Source: Strigamia acuminata
Lineage: Eukaryota
Length of the DNA stretch: 64,000 nucleotides
Direction of reading: 5' to 3'
Assembly (NCBI GenBank): GCA_949358305.1
Contig: OX442314.1
Location: 15,190,001-15,254,000 of the forward strand
In this document: in pieces, positions 29,924-42,072 of the stretch
Layout of the letters: every line of letters starts with the position of its first letter
Numbering within the stretch: position 1 is the first letter of the stretch
Position numbers and translations under genes: made by a program
Notes under the pieces: model-generated
What the model was told of the DNA's origin: nothing
Database searches by the model: none
What the model saw: the letters and a program-made list of their open reading frames with translations, nothing else

Positions 29924-32741
29924 TCAATGAGTATTTTCCGAATGAACGACAACCTTGTAGCAGACGTTCGTCTACCATCCACCTGAAACAAATTGTAATG
30001 ATACACAATCAATGCTTCTGTTTTTATATTTTGTAACATTTGAATGAAATAAAAGTTTTCAAACTAACACTCCTTCAAAGAACTGTTATTTCCTTTACAA
30101 TTTTGAACACAAAAAAAAAAGGTTTTTGTTTACAACGAAGTTATACAGCAGTTTTAAAGTCATAAATATTTTATGCTGATTTTATTCTACCCAGAATAAA
30201 TATATAACAGAACACATTTAGTGAACAAAAGTTTCATACGTTTTTTTCTCCTAACAGGAAATATATAAAGCAACTTTACACGAAAAATATTTTTATTCTC
30301 TCAGAAACTTGGGAGACATAATTTTTTTTTTTAAATTGAAATTTATATGAAATATCTGCAACTGTTGTTACATATGCAAAATCTTCATTACAATCTTCAT
30401 GGTCATATATTTTTTTCTCCCTGAAGAAGTCGACGTTTGTGATCCGCCTACTCTCACTTTAAAGTCAAGAATTAAGATTATATAGATTACTTAGATCCCC
30501 TGTATTGAAAGCACTTCCTTCTTGTCAATTTGCTTGACTCCAATAACAAAAACGTATAATAAAATCAAACTCAAAATTGCAGGTGAATAACAAAACTATA
30601 AATTGAATTTTGCCTCAAAAAAATTCGTAATGAAGCCAAAACTAAACATTAAATTAACACACAAAAAATGTTTTTTGTTTTTCTGCTCATCGAAAAGATC
30701 AAAGAAACCTTTGAAACAAAAAATTGATAAGAATGCATAATTAACAAGTTAATAGAGTTTTTTTTATCTTGCAGAGTACATTTGTCCTCTCGTAAAAACA
30801 TTTTCAAAATTTGCACATTTCATATCATTCAATATTACTCATCCGCGTCCCTCTCTCTCTTTCTCCCTCATGAATGTAAAATATTTGGAATAAGAATTTT
30901 TCAAATTTCAATGAAGAATTTAGCAAAAAAGTTTTCATCTTGAGACTTGTGATCAAAAACCCTGGCATCAGAAACACGTCTTGAAAGCAACCTCGTTACT
31001 GCAAATGTCAAAATATTTTCAATGTTTTTAGACGTACTCAACTTTCATTTTATACTTTCTTATTTGTTTGCACTTCAAACTATTCATTTGCATCATCAGT
31101 TACGTGATCGGTGAAAAAGTTTCAAAATAAAAGGCAGTTTTCAAATCGTATGGTTTCTTGAGAGACACTAGTTTTAATCACGCTGTCTTGCTACAACTCA
31201 AACATGATGTGTGGGTGGTTGTTTTAAATGACGTAGTCATGAAGGGCCCTTATTCCCCCACGCGCATGTTAATCAAGGGTACAGGTGAGCGACCTCAGGG
31301 CGTGGCAGGTCGAGCAAGTCACGTGGTCAAGGTGTAAAAATTGAAAAAAGCATTATAAATAAAGAAAAAAATGTTATAGAAGCCCACCTGGTAACGCAGA
31401 TAATTGATTTTATCAGAAGAACTTCAGATTTTTATTTAGTGTGTTAATAATTTTTATTCCTTATAAAGTTAATTTGTTTACCAGTACTGATAAAAATTTA
31501 GATTTGATTATCACTTATTTATGTATAAATTTTGCGGTTAAAAATTTTATTTCATGCTTTTATTGCTGTGATCGAAATTAAACTTCATACCGTACGCACG
31601 AGTATGAATGTCATGAACTTCCAGGTTAGATTTTTGCTAAGGTTGTAAAATTTGTTGCTGAGCACCATCTGTCGACAAAATATAAACTTAAAAATACCTG
31701 TTGTTTAGCCTTCTGTCTGTACTAATGCATTTCTTTCAGTTTCTGTTCTTGCTTCTGACGAAAATTGTATAAAAGTTCAATGAACATGAAATTCAATTTG
31801 TGTAAAAAAAAATTTTTCTCAACATACGAACTTAGAATTGGACGTGTACTTATATGGTGTTGACATTTTAACTAGAATATCGCGCAGACCATTCTTGCGA
31901 ACTGACACTTTCAATATCACAAACAAGTAAAAAACTGAAACAAGCAGATCCAATATGTGGGACTACGAGCGAGAAAAAGCCAAATGTAATTTAAAGAAAA
32001 ACGTTATAACTATCTTTAATTGGTTTTTAATTTCTGCCAGTTTTAAAGCTTCGTTATTGCAGCAATCTATTATTATTTTAACGAAATAAATAAAAACACC
32101 TGAACTCCTGTCTATAAAACTACAATTTTACGTTGCTTTTGATCACAACAAAGTCAGCTTCAAACCGTAACCATGTAGGTACTGTATATAAATCATTTAT
32201 TTCTTTTTTGATAATGGTATATTTTTTAGATAATTATTTACAATTGCGTAACTATAATTTAAACAAATCCGATTTGAAATATTTTTATATAAAACAGAAA
32301 TAAAAACGTTGCCAAATCGCAGAACATAACTACAAAAGCCTCTTAAAAAATCTATAAAAGTTACGACAACACTTCAGAGTCAAAAGGTATTGACTATTGA
32401 CACACTTGGCCAATTTCCCAACAGCCAATAATTCGGCAAACACTGTCATCCGGTTCAGTCAGTGACAACCTTGCTCGTCAGTCAACTTCAGTCCACACCA
32501 CCAAATCATTGCCCAAGAAAACGTGTTACACTTCAGACTTTATCAAACAATAGAAAACACACTTCTGTGTCCGATAAGCATATCTGAAAAGACAAAATGA
32601 ACTTTACAACCGTGTGTTTGTTTTGATAATTGTTTTTAGATAATGAGGAAGTCGAAAGTTATAAGTGACAATTTTCAGTGAATGCAACTACTTTGCAATC
32701 TCTCTTCTTTCATGGTCATGTAATTTGTAAGTAAGTCAGCC

Positions 32742-34490
32742 ATGTTGGACCATTGGCTGTCGATCTGCATCTTCACACCGATTATAGTGGCATACTGGCG
32801 TGGTACCTGGCAGCTACTTGATCTTTACCTGTGGCCAGAATCTGAACGATGCCTCAATTCATTAACATCTTTCACCATTGGCGTGGGAACAATTACCGTC
32901 CTCTGTATGGCACAAACTCAGATCACCAAAAACATCACGACTGCCAGACTAGGCAAAGCAACATTTTTTATCATATCTCGTTTTTACACCGTTCTTTTTG
33001 CATTTGTCGGAGTCAATCATTGGCGTGGAGTTTGGATCATCATGGAATGTCAAGTAGGAATGGAATGGTGGTCAACTGGATTTGCAGTTGCAGTTGCTGC
33101 CATTACATTAGCTTGTCTTCGGACATTGAAAACAGTGTTAGCGCCTCCTTTTTCAGTTTGTGTCGATGATGAATTGGATTATTTCAAAGTTCCCACACTT
33201 TTCAAAACTAAGGTGAGTATTTACATTTTTTCTTAGAAAGAGAAGATTATTATAACAAACATCTTTTTTCTATAAGGCAAACCGAATAACATGCGTTTTT
33301 ATTGTGGATGTGCTTATATCTGTGGTAGTGGTCGGTTCATTAGTAGTTGTAGTTTGGTGGGGAGTTTGGACACTCTTCGATATTATCTTGTTTCCCGATT
33401 CCCTATTGTGGTCAGCTATGACCTGTGTGTTTCTAGGTATTTTTGTGGCTGTCTTGTGTTTTATTTCTCAAACTTTGGCTGCATATTGTTCTCGGAATAG
33501 TCCTTATTGGTTACGTATTATACTGGAAGACATTTTTCTTTTTATTGCCGAAGTCGGAGCCATTAGTTTATGGAGAGGCATTTGGTATTTATTAGATATT
33601 TTCTTCATTCCAGGTTAAACAATTAAATTTCTTAGTTTATACCGTGTTCTTTATTGACTTATTTTTTTTGTAGATGATCCTTACTTAAGTAATGCAGTCA
33701 CTTCATTCACTGGAATTTCACTACTCATTATGATGTATAATAGTAACTCAATCCTCGTGAAAGGAATTCTTTTCAATCTTCACTTAAAAGATGGTTCTGG
33801 GTGCCTTTTCCAGATTTCGTACATAGATAAAATTAGAGCAGTACTTAAATTTATTTATTTTTAAATGCTTTTGTTTAATTTTTTATTTATTGTTTTCTTA
33901 TAGACGATAGGATTATGTAATGCCGCAAAGCCAAACAAAATGAACAAACATAAGGCCCACAAAGAGCCTGGAAAATTACAGGTAAAGTTGAATCACGTAA
34001 CATAAGAACAAACAAAAAAACACGTTTTTGTCAAAACATAAAAAAACATCTATTTCAATGCGCACTTTCTGTTTGATTCTAAACTACAAACAATTAATCA
34101 AACCATTCGATATCTGATGATCATTTTCACTTTACCACTAAAGGTGATCACCAGATCTAAAGACTTATGGTTTGATTAATTGTTTGTAATTTAGAGCGTC
34201 ATTGTAATGTCATTAAAATCACTTTATGGTTTATGTCAAGATAATTTAAGTGGTACATATTTTTAAGTGTCCCTATATTCGGATAAATTGTGTGTACCTT
34301 TAATTTGCTCACAGTAGATTAGATTAAACCGCTATTACTTATTTTTATTATTATTTAGAATTACAACTGGAACGAATCTGACCAATTTACTAATTATGAG
34401 ACAACAGAACCTCTATGGATACCACAAGTAATAATTGCAAATGGAAAACAGCCAATTATTTCCTATTTTGATCGAGAAACTGTTCTCTAA
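32742..34490 (+). CDS. Fuseless-family multi-pass membrane protein, 5 exons
   Basis: Exons 32742-33212, 33277-33613, 33674-33840, 33904-33981 and 34359-34490 join in frame. Repeated YWRGTW/HWRGVW/WWGVW/LWRGIW motifs are typical of fuseless. The C-terminus is ETVL. Confidence 0.8.
34078..34195. repeat. Short foldback/MITE in the last fuseless intron
   Basis: Inverted arms of about 29 bp, CTAAACTACAAACAATTAATCAAACCAT and ATGGTTTGATTAATTGTTTGTAATTTAG, plus a weaker inner stem. Confidence 0.65.
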
Positions 34491-34551
34491 TATTAAGTAT
34501 AAATTAAATATTTTTTTATGATAAATGATTTATTTATATGAACGAGAACAT

Positions 34552-36021
34552 TTATATATTTAGGTTTTTCGATGCGAATGAAATGCTCAAATTTATCATT
34601 TTCTCACACGCGAGATTCTTCAATGGTCGAGTATCAAAACGCCTGTTTCGGCCGTATGATAAATCAAAGACAATATCACATCTTGTCAAAGAAGAGATTT
34701 CTAACAAATACGCGATGCCATTTTTCCCAAGTGTATTACACAAAACTATGAATAAACTTCTCAACTTCTTATTCATTAAACCTGTTGCCATTTGTGCTGC
34801 AATTGCATCAAAGTAGCCTTCGCATTGTTGTATTGTTAGTGTGTTCAAATTGGGACATTTTTCAAAAAAAGTTAAAACATTATTACTAGTGCAGGACCAG
34901 TAATATATCTCCAAGCAAATTACAGAACGTAAAACACCCTTAAATTTGCTAGTTGCAAAGTTTCCGAGCAACTCGCCCGATCTACCTCCTAATCTCAACG
35001 TGGTTAGTTTATCGAACTTTGAAAACGTTTTCAACATAGTTGGCGTCACGCAACTGCAACTCAGCATCAGCGAAGACAGAACTGGACAAGTATTAGAAGC
35101 TATTTCCAAAACCGACTCGATATCATCGCAAGTATTAAACAATTTTAACATTTTCAGATTGAATTGGAGCTTTTGCATGTCCTCTGGTAATGAACGCAGT
35201 AAATCGTAATCATCAAACTGAAACTCTTCCAGCATCGGCATATTTCTTAACACAAGAAAAGCACTATCTAGTTTTCTGACAATTGTAAACCGAATTTTAA
35301 GAATTCTCAAACTTAACCTCGCTTTTGACTGCGATTCACAGAGTAACTCAATGTCATCATCAGTTATGGGCGAGTAATTGACATCCAGTTCTCTCAAAGA
35401 TAGAGTTGCCAAAAATGAGATTGCGTTGTCTTCCAACATTACTCGATTCAACACAAGTTTCTGCAAATTGCACGACAATTCTGCTAATCGTTGGCAAGTT
35501 TTGGCCGATACGCGACTGAATGGTGGCAATTGAAGTTCTTTGAGATGCTTAAAAAAGCAAAATTCAAATATAAAAAAATTCAAAAATTAATAAACAAAAT
35601 TAATAAATAGACTTTAAAAAATTCCAAATTCACTTACTTTCATTTTACACCCACTAATATCAAGCAAATAATTTAGATCAAACATTAAAGTTGAATGCTC
35701 AAACAAAAGCCTCAGCTTCATTTGTCCTTTGTAAATGAAAATTACAACATGCCATGTTGACACAGACTCTGTGTAACAATTCATAAATCTGAACAGCAAT
35801 TCATCCAATACAGTTCGAGCTAATTTAAAAATAAATTAATTTTAAAGTAAACTGTTTCGAAGCAACTTACGAAGCTGCTGGATGTAACCAGATACTTCTC
35901 CAATTTTTCCTACTGAATTTTTATCGTATTCATTAATTTTTAAATGATGCAGTAAATTTGCGAGCGATTTAAAAGCAAAATCACCCAAACGTTTCACTTT
36001 CTTTCGTTTCAACTTTTCCAT
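34552..36021 (-). CDS. RNI-like leucine-rich-repeat protein with N-terminal BC-box/Cul2-box-like motif, 3 exons
   Basis: Exons 36021-35871, 35819-35638 and 35548-34552 splice in frame: MEKLKRKKVKRLGDFAFKSL...QQLPRTVLDELL...HLKELQLP... Multiple LxxLxL repeats follow. Confidence 0.75.
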
Positions 36022-36543
36022 TGCATCTCACGATAAGTTTACCATCAAAATCTAAACAATTCGATACACGAATCCCCAATAGCGGTGCGCAGGGTTTGTG
36101 ATTGCATAATAAACATTACCCAATTTGTTACACGTGGATAAACACAACCAAGGCCTTTCTTTTATACTCCTTCCAGTTTGGGTTTATTTTTATATCTAGA
36201 CTATGTTTTTGGCCAATTTTCAATGCGAAAATAACAGCAAGAACGCCATCCGTGATCAGTGGTAAACAAGCAACATAAACATCCGCGCAAATTTCAAATT
36301 TCACGTTAAACTCCATAAGTTCCATTGTTAAAGAAGTGAAAAATTTGTCAGTACAGGAACACATCTAAAATATCGTGCTTGGAAAATACCATATTACAAA
36401 AAAAATTAAAAAAGAGTGTGCGCTTAAAACCAACGATGTGCGTAACCACAAAATGAAGAATGCGATCATTATATTAATGGGTCCCGCAAACCTGTCCGGA
36501 CTACACAGCTGTAAAACAAAACCAAACATACCAAAAGAAAATA

Positions 36544-36805
36544 TCGTATAAGGAAGTCGCCCTCGAATTGTAGCCGCCCTCGAATAGTAGCCGCGGCTGA
36601 GACATCAATAATACCGTATCTTTGCAAAAGTACGGTATTGTTTTCGTATTTAACCTCACGAACGATGAACGTATGCTTCGTTCGTGACGTTCAGACTTCG
36701 TTTGTTACATTAAACAAATGTAACAAACGAAAAACCGAAATTGTAATTGCTGACAAAAATGGCAGTTTTGAATAAGAGCCGCGGCTCTTAATCGGTAAAA
36801 TACGG
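36544..36805. mobile_element. CCGTA-terminal Tc1/mariner/pogo-type MITE
   Basis: TA-flanked termini (t)CGTA...AAAATACGG with internal TAGCCGC/GAGCCGCGGC repeats. It is absent from the paralogous site near 40063, which reads AAATAATTT (empty site). Confidence 0.8.
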
Positions 36806-36824
36806 TAATTTAAAAAAAATAAAT

Positions 36825-36930
36825 AAAAAAAACAACACAAATTCAATCCAGTGCGACCTTATCAGAGCAGCACAAACATCATCTTCTGCTCTGATATGAT
36901 GGCACTGGATTGAATTTGTGTTGTTTTTTT
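36825..36930. repeat. Hairpin with arms of about 45 bp and a 15-nt loop (second copy about 40080-40175)
   Basis: CAACACAAATTCAATCCAGTGC..ATCAGAGCAG pairs with CTGCTCTGAT..GCACTGGATTGAATTTGTGTTG. Confidence 0.8.
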
Positions 36931-37659
36931 AATTATGTTTGTTTGGTATTAGTTTTCTTTTGTTTTATAATAAAATTAATCACAAATGATACGGAATATT
37001 ACGTTTTCATTTGGTTCATTTTGTGCTTGCTTCCTTCATTTTGTTTGTTTTCAGGGACAAATCTTGGGCTTCCTACTTTGTCCACCATTATCAGTTTTGA
37101 TATCGCAATAAAATAGGTATGTATTAATTGTTACAATGGTTATAACCTCTTGCATTGTAAGTTGCCAGGAGAATCCCTGGCAACCTCTTTTCTTTGTTAC
37201 ACAAATAAAGTCAGTCGACTCTTGAAATTAGACAAGCAAAGTCTCTTTGATTGCTACTCCTCATTTTACAATCCCGACCCTAGTTAGGGCTGAGTTTTTA
37301 GAACATAGAGTCCAATTGAACATCATGACTACAGACTTTACACTTCCCTACATGAATGCCCGGATGTTCTTACATACGTAAGAATATCATTTTCCTGACG
37401 GGTTGCTATTCTTACGTACGTACGTAAGAATATATACTTTTTCAGGGGCCAATGCTGGGCTTCCTTGCATAAATGGCTGATTTTCGTACGTACGTAAGAA
37501 TAGCCATACGTTATTCTTACGTAAGAATAGCCGTCGAATTCTATTGTTAGAATGGTAAACGTGCAGTGAACATTCAGCATACAAGACGACCGGCTTCACG
37601 TATAAAGAATTTGTTGTCAGTACATGTTATCATTCTCAACTGCGCCGTCAAATTTTAAC

Positions 37660-39014
37660 ATGCCTTACAAGAAATCACCGCCGTGCCTGGAAGAATTGTG
37701 TTTCGATTTCTTAATCATTCATTACGATGTTATAGAAGATAAATTAGTGAATCTACCTTTTATATTTATGGATGAAATCCGTGAACGTATGCGTCTGCAT
37801 GAATTCAAGCATGCAGACAAACGAATTATGTCCTCAGACATTTTTCTTAATTCAAGCACCAGATCATTAGGCGATTTCAATTCGTTAGATCTGCCCATGA
37901 AATCTTTATTTGACAGAATCGGCCAAGTTTGTGAAAAGCTCGTAGTATTAAACTTGAATTGTAACAGAAATGAGTGTGTTTCATCCAAATCTTTAATTAA
38001 ACTGGTGCAACGTTTACCAAAAATTGAACGTTTATCCTTCAAGTGGCAGACCAAATTCACGGACGAAGTTTTAACGGCGATTACTAAAAATTGTCCTCTA
38101 TTGACACATCTCAACATCGCTTATACTGATATTACCGATCGTAGTCTCTATTTGTTACCAGACGGGTGCCCGAAACTCGAATTTTTAAATGTCAGCTCGG
38201 TTGGAGGAGTGACAAGCGAGGTAGGTATTTTTATTCTAAACCACCTGCCACTTTTAAAAAAATTTATGTATGAATTCTGGGGCGAATTAATTGTTTCGAT
38301 AAAAGAAAAATTTAATTCAAACGAGATATTGCCTATTTATTTGATCAACGAATTATGGGAAGCGACATTATTAATATCCTCCGAAGATTTCAATATTCTG
38401 CCAACTATTTTCCCCAATTTGCGCACAATATGTATTGACAATCCTGAATTTTCAGGTCTGGAATTTAATATTGCCTTAAAGTCGGCCCAACGATTGTCAA
38501 CTCTACTTCTATATAAGGTTACATTTCTTGATCTAGGGCTTGTGGATCGCCACTGTCCAAGGTTGGAGGGTTTATCATTAAACAAGTGTTCCATTGTAAA
38601 CGTACCCGGCAATACTGTTTCGTTTAAGAGTCTAAGTGCACTACAAGTAGTTGAAACTGAAATCACTAAATTACAATTGGAAATGCTTTTAATGCAATGC
38701 ATTAATTTAGAACATTTAGCATTTGTCAAATGTGCCGTCGTCTCTGACAAATTATGTTCGCAACTTATCGCAGTCAAGGCGAATGGATATTAATTTCGAA
38801 GTGCCGGTCAATTAGTTTCGGGTGTATTAAAAAATTGTTAGAAATCGAAAGTCCGTTGAAAATGTTGATGTGCGATACATTTGATGCTTCTGATGGTACA
38901 ATTCAAGCGTACATTCGAAGGAAAAACTTGGATTTGCAGTTTTTGAATTCAGTTGGGATAAAATTGTATTATAAAAAAGAAAGACGTTTTGGTATCCACG
39001 ATTTCATAATTTGA
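37660..39014 (+). pseudogene. Intronless BC-box/LRR gene copy 1, frameshifted near the 3' end
   Basis: Near-identical to 42073-43446 but lacks the 13 bp CTTCGAAATGTAA after 38781. The ORF stops at 38793 and the rest continues in another frame to 39014. Confidence 0.85.
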
Positions 39015-39394
39015 TGATCTCGAGTGTTTGTGTAAATAAATATATTATCACCACTATATGTATTATTTTTAATTACTCTGGTTTGACACAAATTGTTTTG
39101 TGTGAATGGTTTGTTTGTTTACATTTTGCAGTTATTAGGGATCCACATTTCCACTGACAAGTGAGAGTAAGGTGGGTTTTCTTTTAAATTTTCAAATTTT
39201 TCCTGCAATTTGTCCAGAAATGTCGACATTTCTTAAAAACCAATGCTGAGCATCCTTGCATAAACGGCTGATTTTCGTACGTACGAAAAGCCACGGCGAA
39301 TCCTGTTGTTAGAATAGTAAACAAAATATAAACTTAAAAGTACGGTACCTGTCTGTAGTACTAATGCATTTTTTTCAGTGTCGGTCCTTGCTAA

Positions 39395-39660
39395 CCTGCA
39401 GCTTTTCTGATCAACTCCAATCGCTGCGTGATCGTCTAATTGCCGGGTTGAGTTGTCAACATTCAGCAAACCATCATCAGTCAGTCTGAAATGACGTTCG
39501 CTGAGGCTCACCAGATGGAGCTCGCCGCACGTGCAGTCTCCGACATCTATGCAAACTCGACCACGGTTGCTCCAGCGCAAAAAATCACTACCACAAACGC
39601 CATTTGGGTAGTTTCTACAATACCCAGTGCCTGTTTCGGGACCAGCCGCGCAAACGTTCA
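39395..39660 (+). mobile_element. Ty3/gypsy gag remnant
   Basis: Frameshifted translation ...LRDRLIAGL / IQQTIISQSEMTFAEAHQMELAA matches the gypsy gag pattern LRDRLVxGL..IQxxLL...LTxxxA...A. Confidence 0.6.
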
Positions 39661-40345
39661 AGTCAAGTTAAATAAAAGCTTTTAATAAAAAAAAAAACCA
39701 GAATAAAGCAAAAAATATTATATTTTAGACACCAAAACTTTGTAATACAGAATCACTATAATAATATGTCATAAGATAAATAATCAAAATAAACAAAATG
39801 TTTGAAACAAATTAAAATTATTAACAATCACATCTGTTTTAGAAATAACAAAACTATCTTAGGTGTGACTATTGGATGATTCGACGATTTAATTTAATTT
39901 TAAAGGCTCTCTTGACACGAATCAACTTCCCATTTATTTTCCTTGTCTTAAGCGTGCCTATTTGTCGCGGTATTTGCTGACCAGAACTGGAAACAATGGG
40001 TCCTGCAAACCTGTCCGGACAACACAGCTATAAAATAAAACAAAAAACATACCAAACAAAAATAATTTTAAAAAATACAAAAAAAAACAACAACACAAAT
40101 TCAATCCAGTACCACCATATCAGAGCAGCACAAACATCTTCTTCTGTTCTAATATGGTGGCACTAGATTAAACTTGAATTATTTTTGTTTAGTATTACAT
40201 TTCCGTTTGCTTCCTTCATTTTGTTTGTTTTCAGGAACAAATCTTGGGCTTCTCTACGTGAATGCCCAGATGTTCTTACGTACGTAAGCTTAAGAAGAAG
40301 ATTTCCCTGACGGGTCGCTATTCTTACGTTCGTACATAAGAATAT

Positions 40346-41888
40346 AAGGTGCGTGGAATGACGAAAAATTTGAAAAAAATTAACTTTAAATATTTTGATT
40401 TAATTTTCCTTTTAGGATTACTAAATATACCACTCAAGTTATGTCTGATTAAATTTTTAGACTGATTTAATAATATTTATTTAAAATATCAACAATAAAT
40501 GAAAAAACAGGTGTCCAAAAAGTCTGTGGAATTTAACAATTAACAAATTTTTTTAACAATAAATTTGAAATATTTTATGTTTATTGACCAATTATTTTTC
40601 CACTATGTGTTATTACTTCAAAAACACGATTTTCCATAAATACAATTAATTTTTCCATAGTTTTAGAAGATATGTTCCCCAGTATCCGTCAATCACAGTT
40701 TTTAATTCATCAATGGTGGAAGATTGTCTGTTATTGGCATAAACTTGTCTGGTCATTATTCTCCATAGATTTTCTATGGGTTTTAGTAAGGATTTCAGAT
40801 GCATTATTTTTTCTGAAAACGATGCTCTCATTGAATTTTAATTGTGAATAGTGGCATTATCCTGCTGAAATATCCATGAGGTGTCTCCAAATTCGTTGCT
40901 TAACAGGAAGCAAAAACTCATGAAGTGTTTCCTGATTCAGAAATCAGAAATTTTCTGTTTTCTGTCGGCCACTAATGAATGCTACATAAGTTCTTCCCAT
41001 GAAGGCAAAAGCTCCCCATACCATTACTGACCATCCGCCCTGTTGGGTTCTGAAAAAGGAGTGGTTCCTTTCAAATTTCATGCCAATAGTAAGCCAAACC
41101 ATCAGGACTATCAAGCTTCAACTTCTTCTCATCACTAAAATCACTGTGCACCACTCATTGTGCCAGGTCATCTGAACCCTTGTCCACTATAATTTGGCTT
41201 GAGTAGGTTGAGGTTTCAAAGTTGGTCGTTCGGCCATTTATTTTATAAACTATCATTGGGAAAGCTTGAAAGTGATTATGAACAGTATTTTTACTAATGT
41301 TTCCTTCAAAGACATCACAGATTTTCTGAACTGAGTGTGAACAGTGTGTTGCCAAGTGTAGAACTCTGCAATCAGCTCGATTGGTAGTTACTATTGGTCT
41401 TCCTGATTGAGGTTTACGTGGCTAGTTTTCTTTTTACTAATAATATTCCAGTTATATTTATCAATTATCTTAGCAATTTCATGAGTAGCAAGTTTTCCAG
41501 CTTTCATTTTCCATATTTTTATCACTTCATCAGCAGTGAATTCTCTTTTGTTTGGCATTGTTGATTGAACAATTACCAAATGTTTCAAAATGCAAAAAAG
41601 CATTGTAATAAAGGTATAATAACATAAAAATACTATTTTATTGACTCTAAATATAACCTCCCTACCGTGGGAAAGAATAAACATAAATTCCACAGACTTT
41701 TTGGACACCTATTTTTTCATTTATTGTTGTAATTTTAAATATATATTATTGAATCAGTCTGAAAATTTAATCAGACATTACTTGAGTGGTATATTTAGTA
41801 ATCCTAAAAGGAAAATTAAATCAAAATATTTAAAGTTAATTTTTTTCAAATTTTTCGTCATTCCACAGACTTTTTGGACGCACCTTTT
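40346..41888 (-). mobile_element. Decayed Tc3-like Tc1/mariner transposon with long TIRs
   Basis: TIRs of about 190-200 bp (40346-40535 and 41684-41888), TA-flanked, and absent from the paralogous site near 37431. Broken transposase from 41558 to about 40620 contains SDEKKLKLDSPDGLAYYWH, VMVWGAF, FQQDNATIH and PIENLW, with stops and frameshifts. Confidence 0.92.
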
Positions 41889-42072
41889 ACTTTTTCAGGG
41901 GCCAATGCTGGGCTTCCTAGCCAAACGTTATTCTTACGTACGTAAGGCGAATTCTATTGTTAGAATAGTAAACGTGCAGCGACCGTTCAACGAACAGGAC
42001 GACCAGCTTCACGTATAAAGAATTTGTTGTTAGTACAGGTAATCATTCTCAACTGTACCGTCAAATCTCAAC

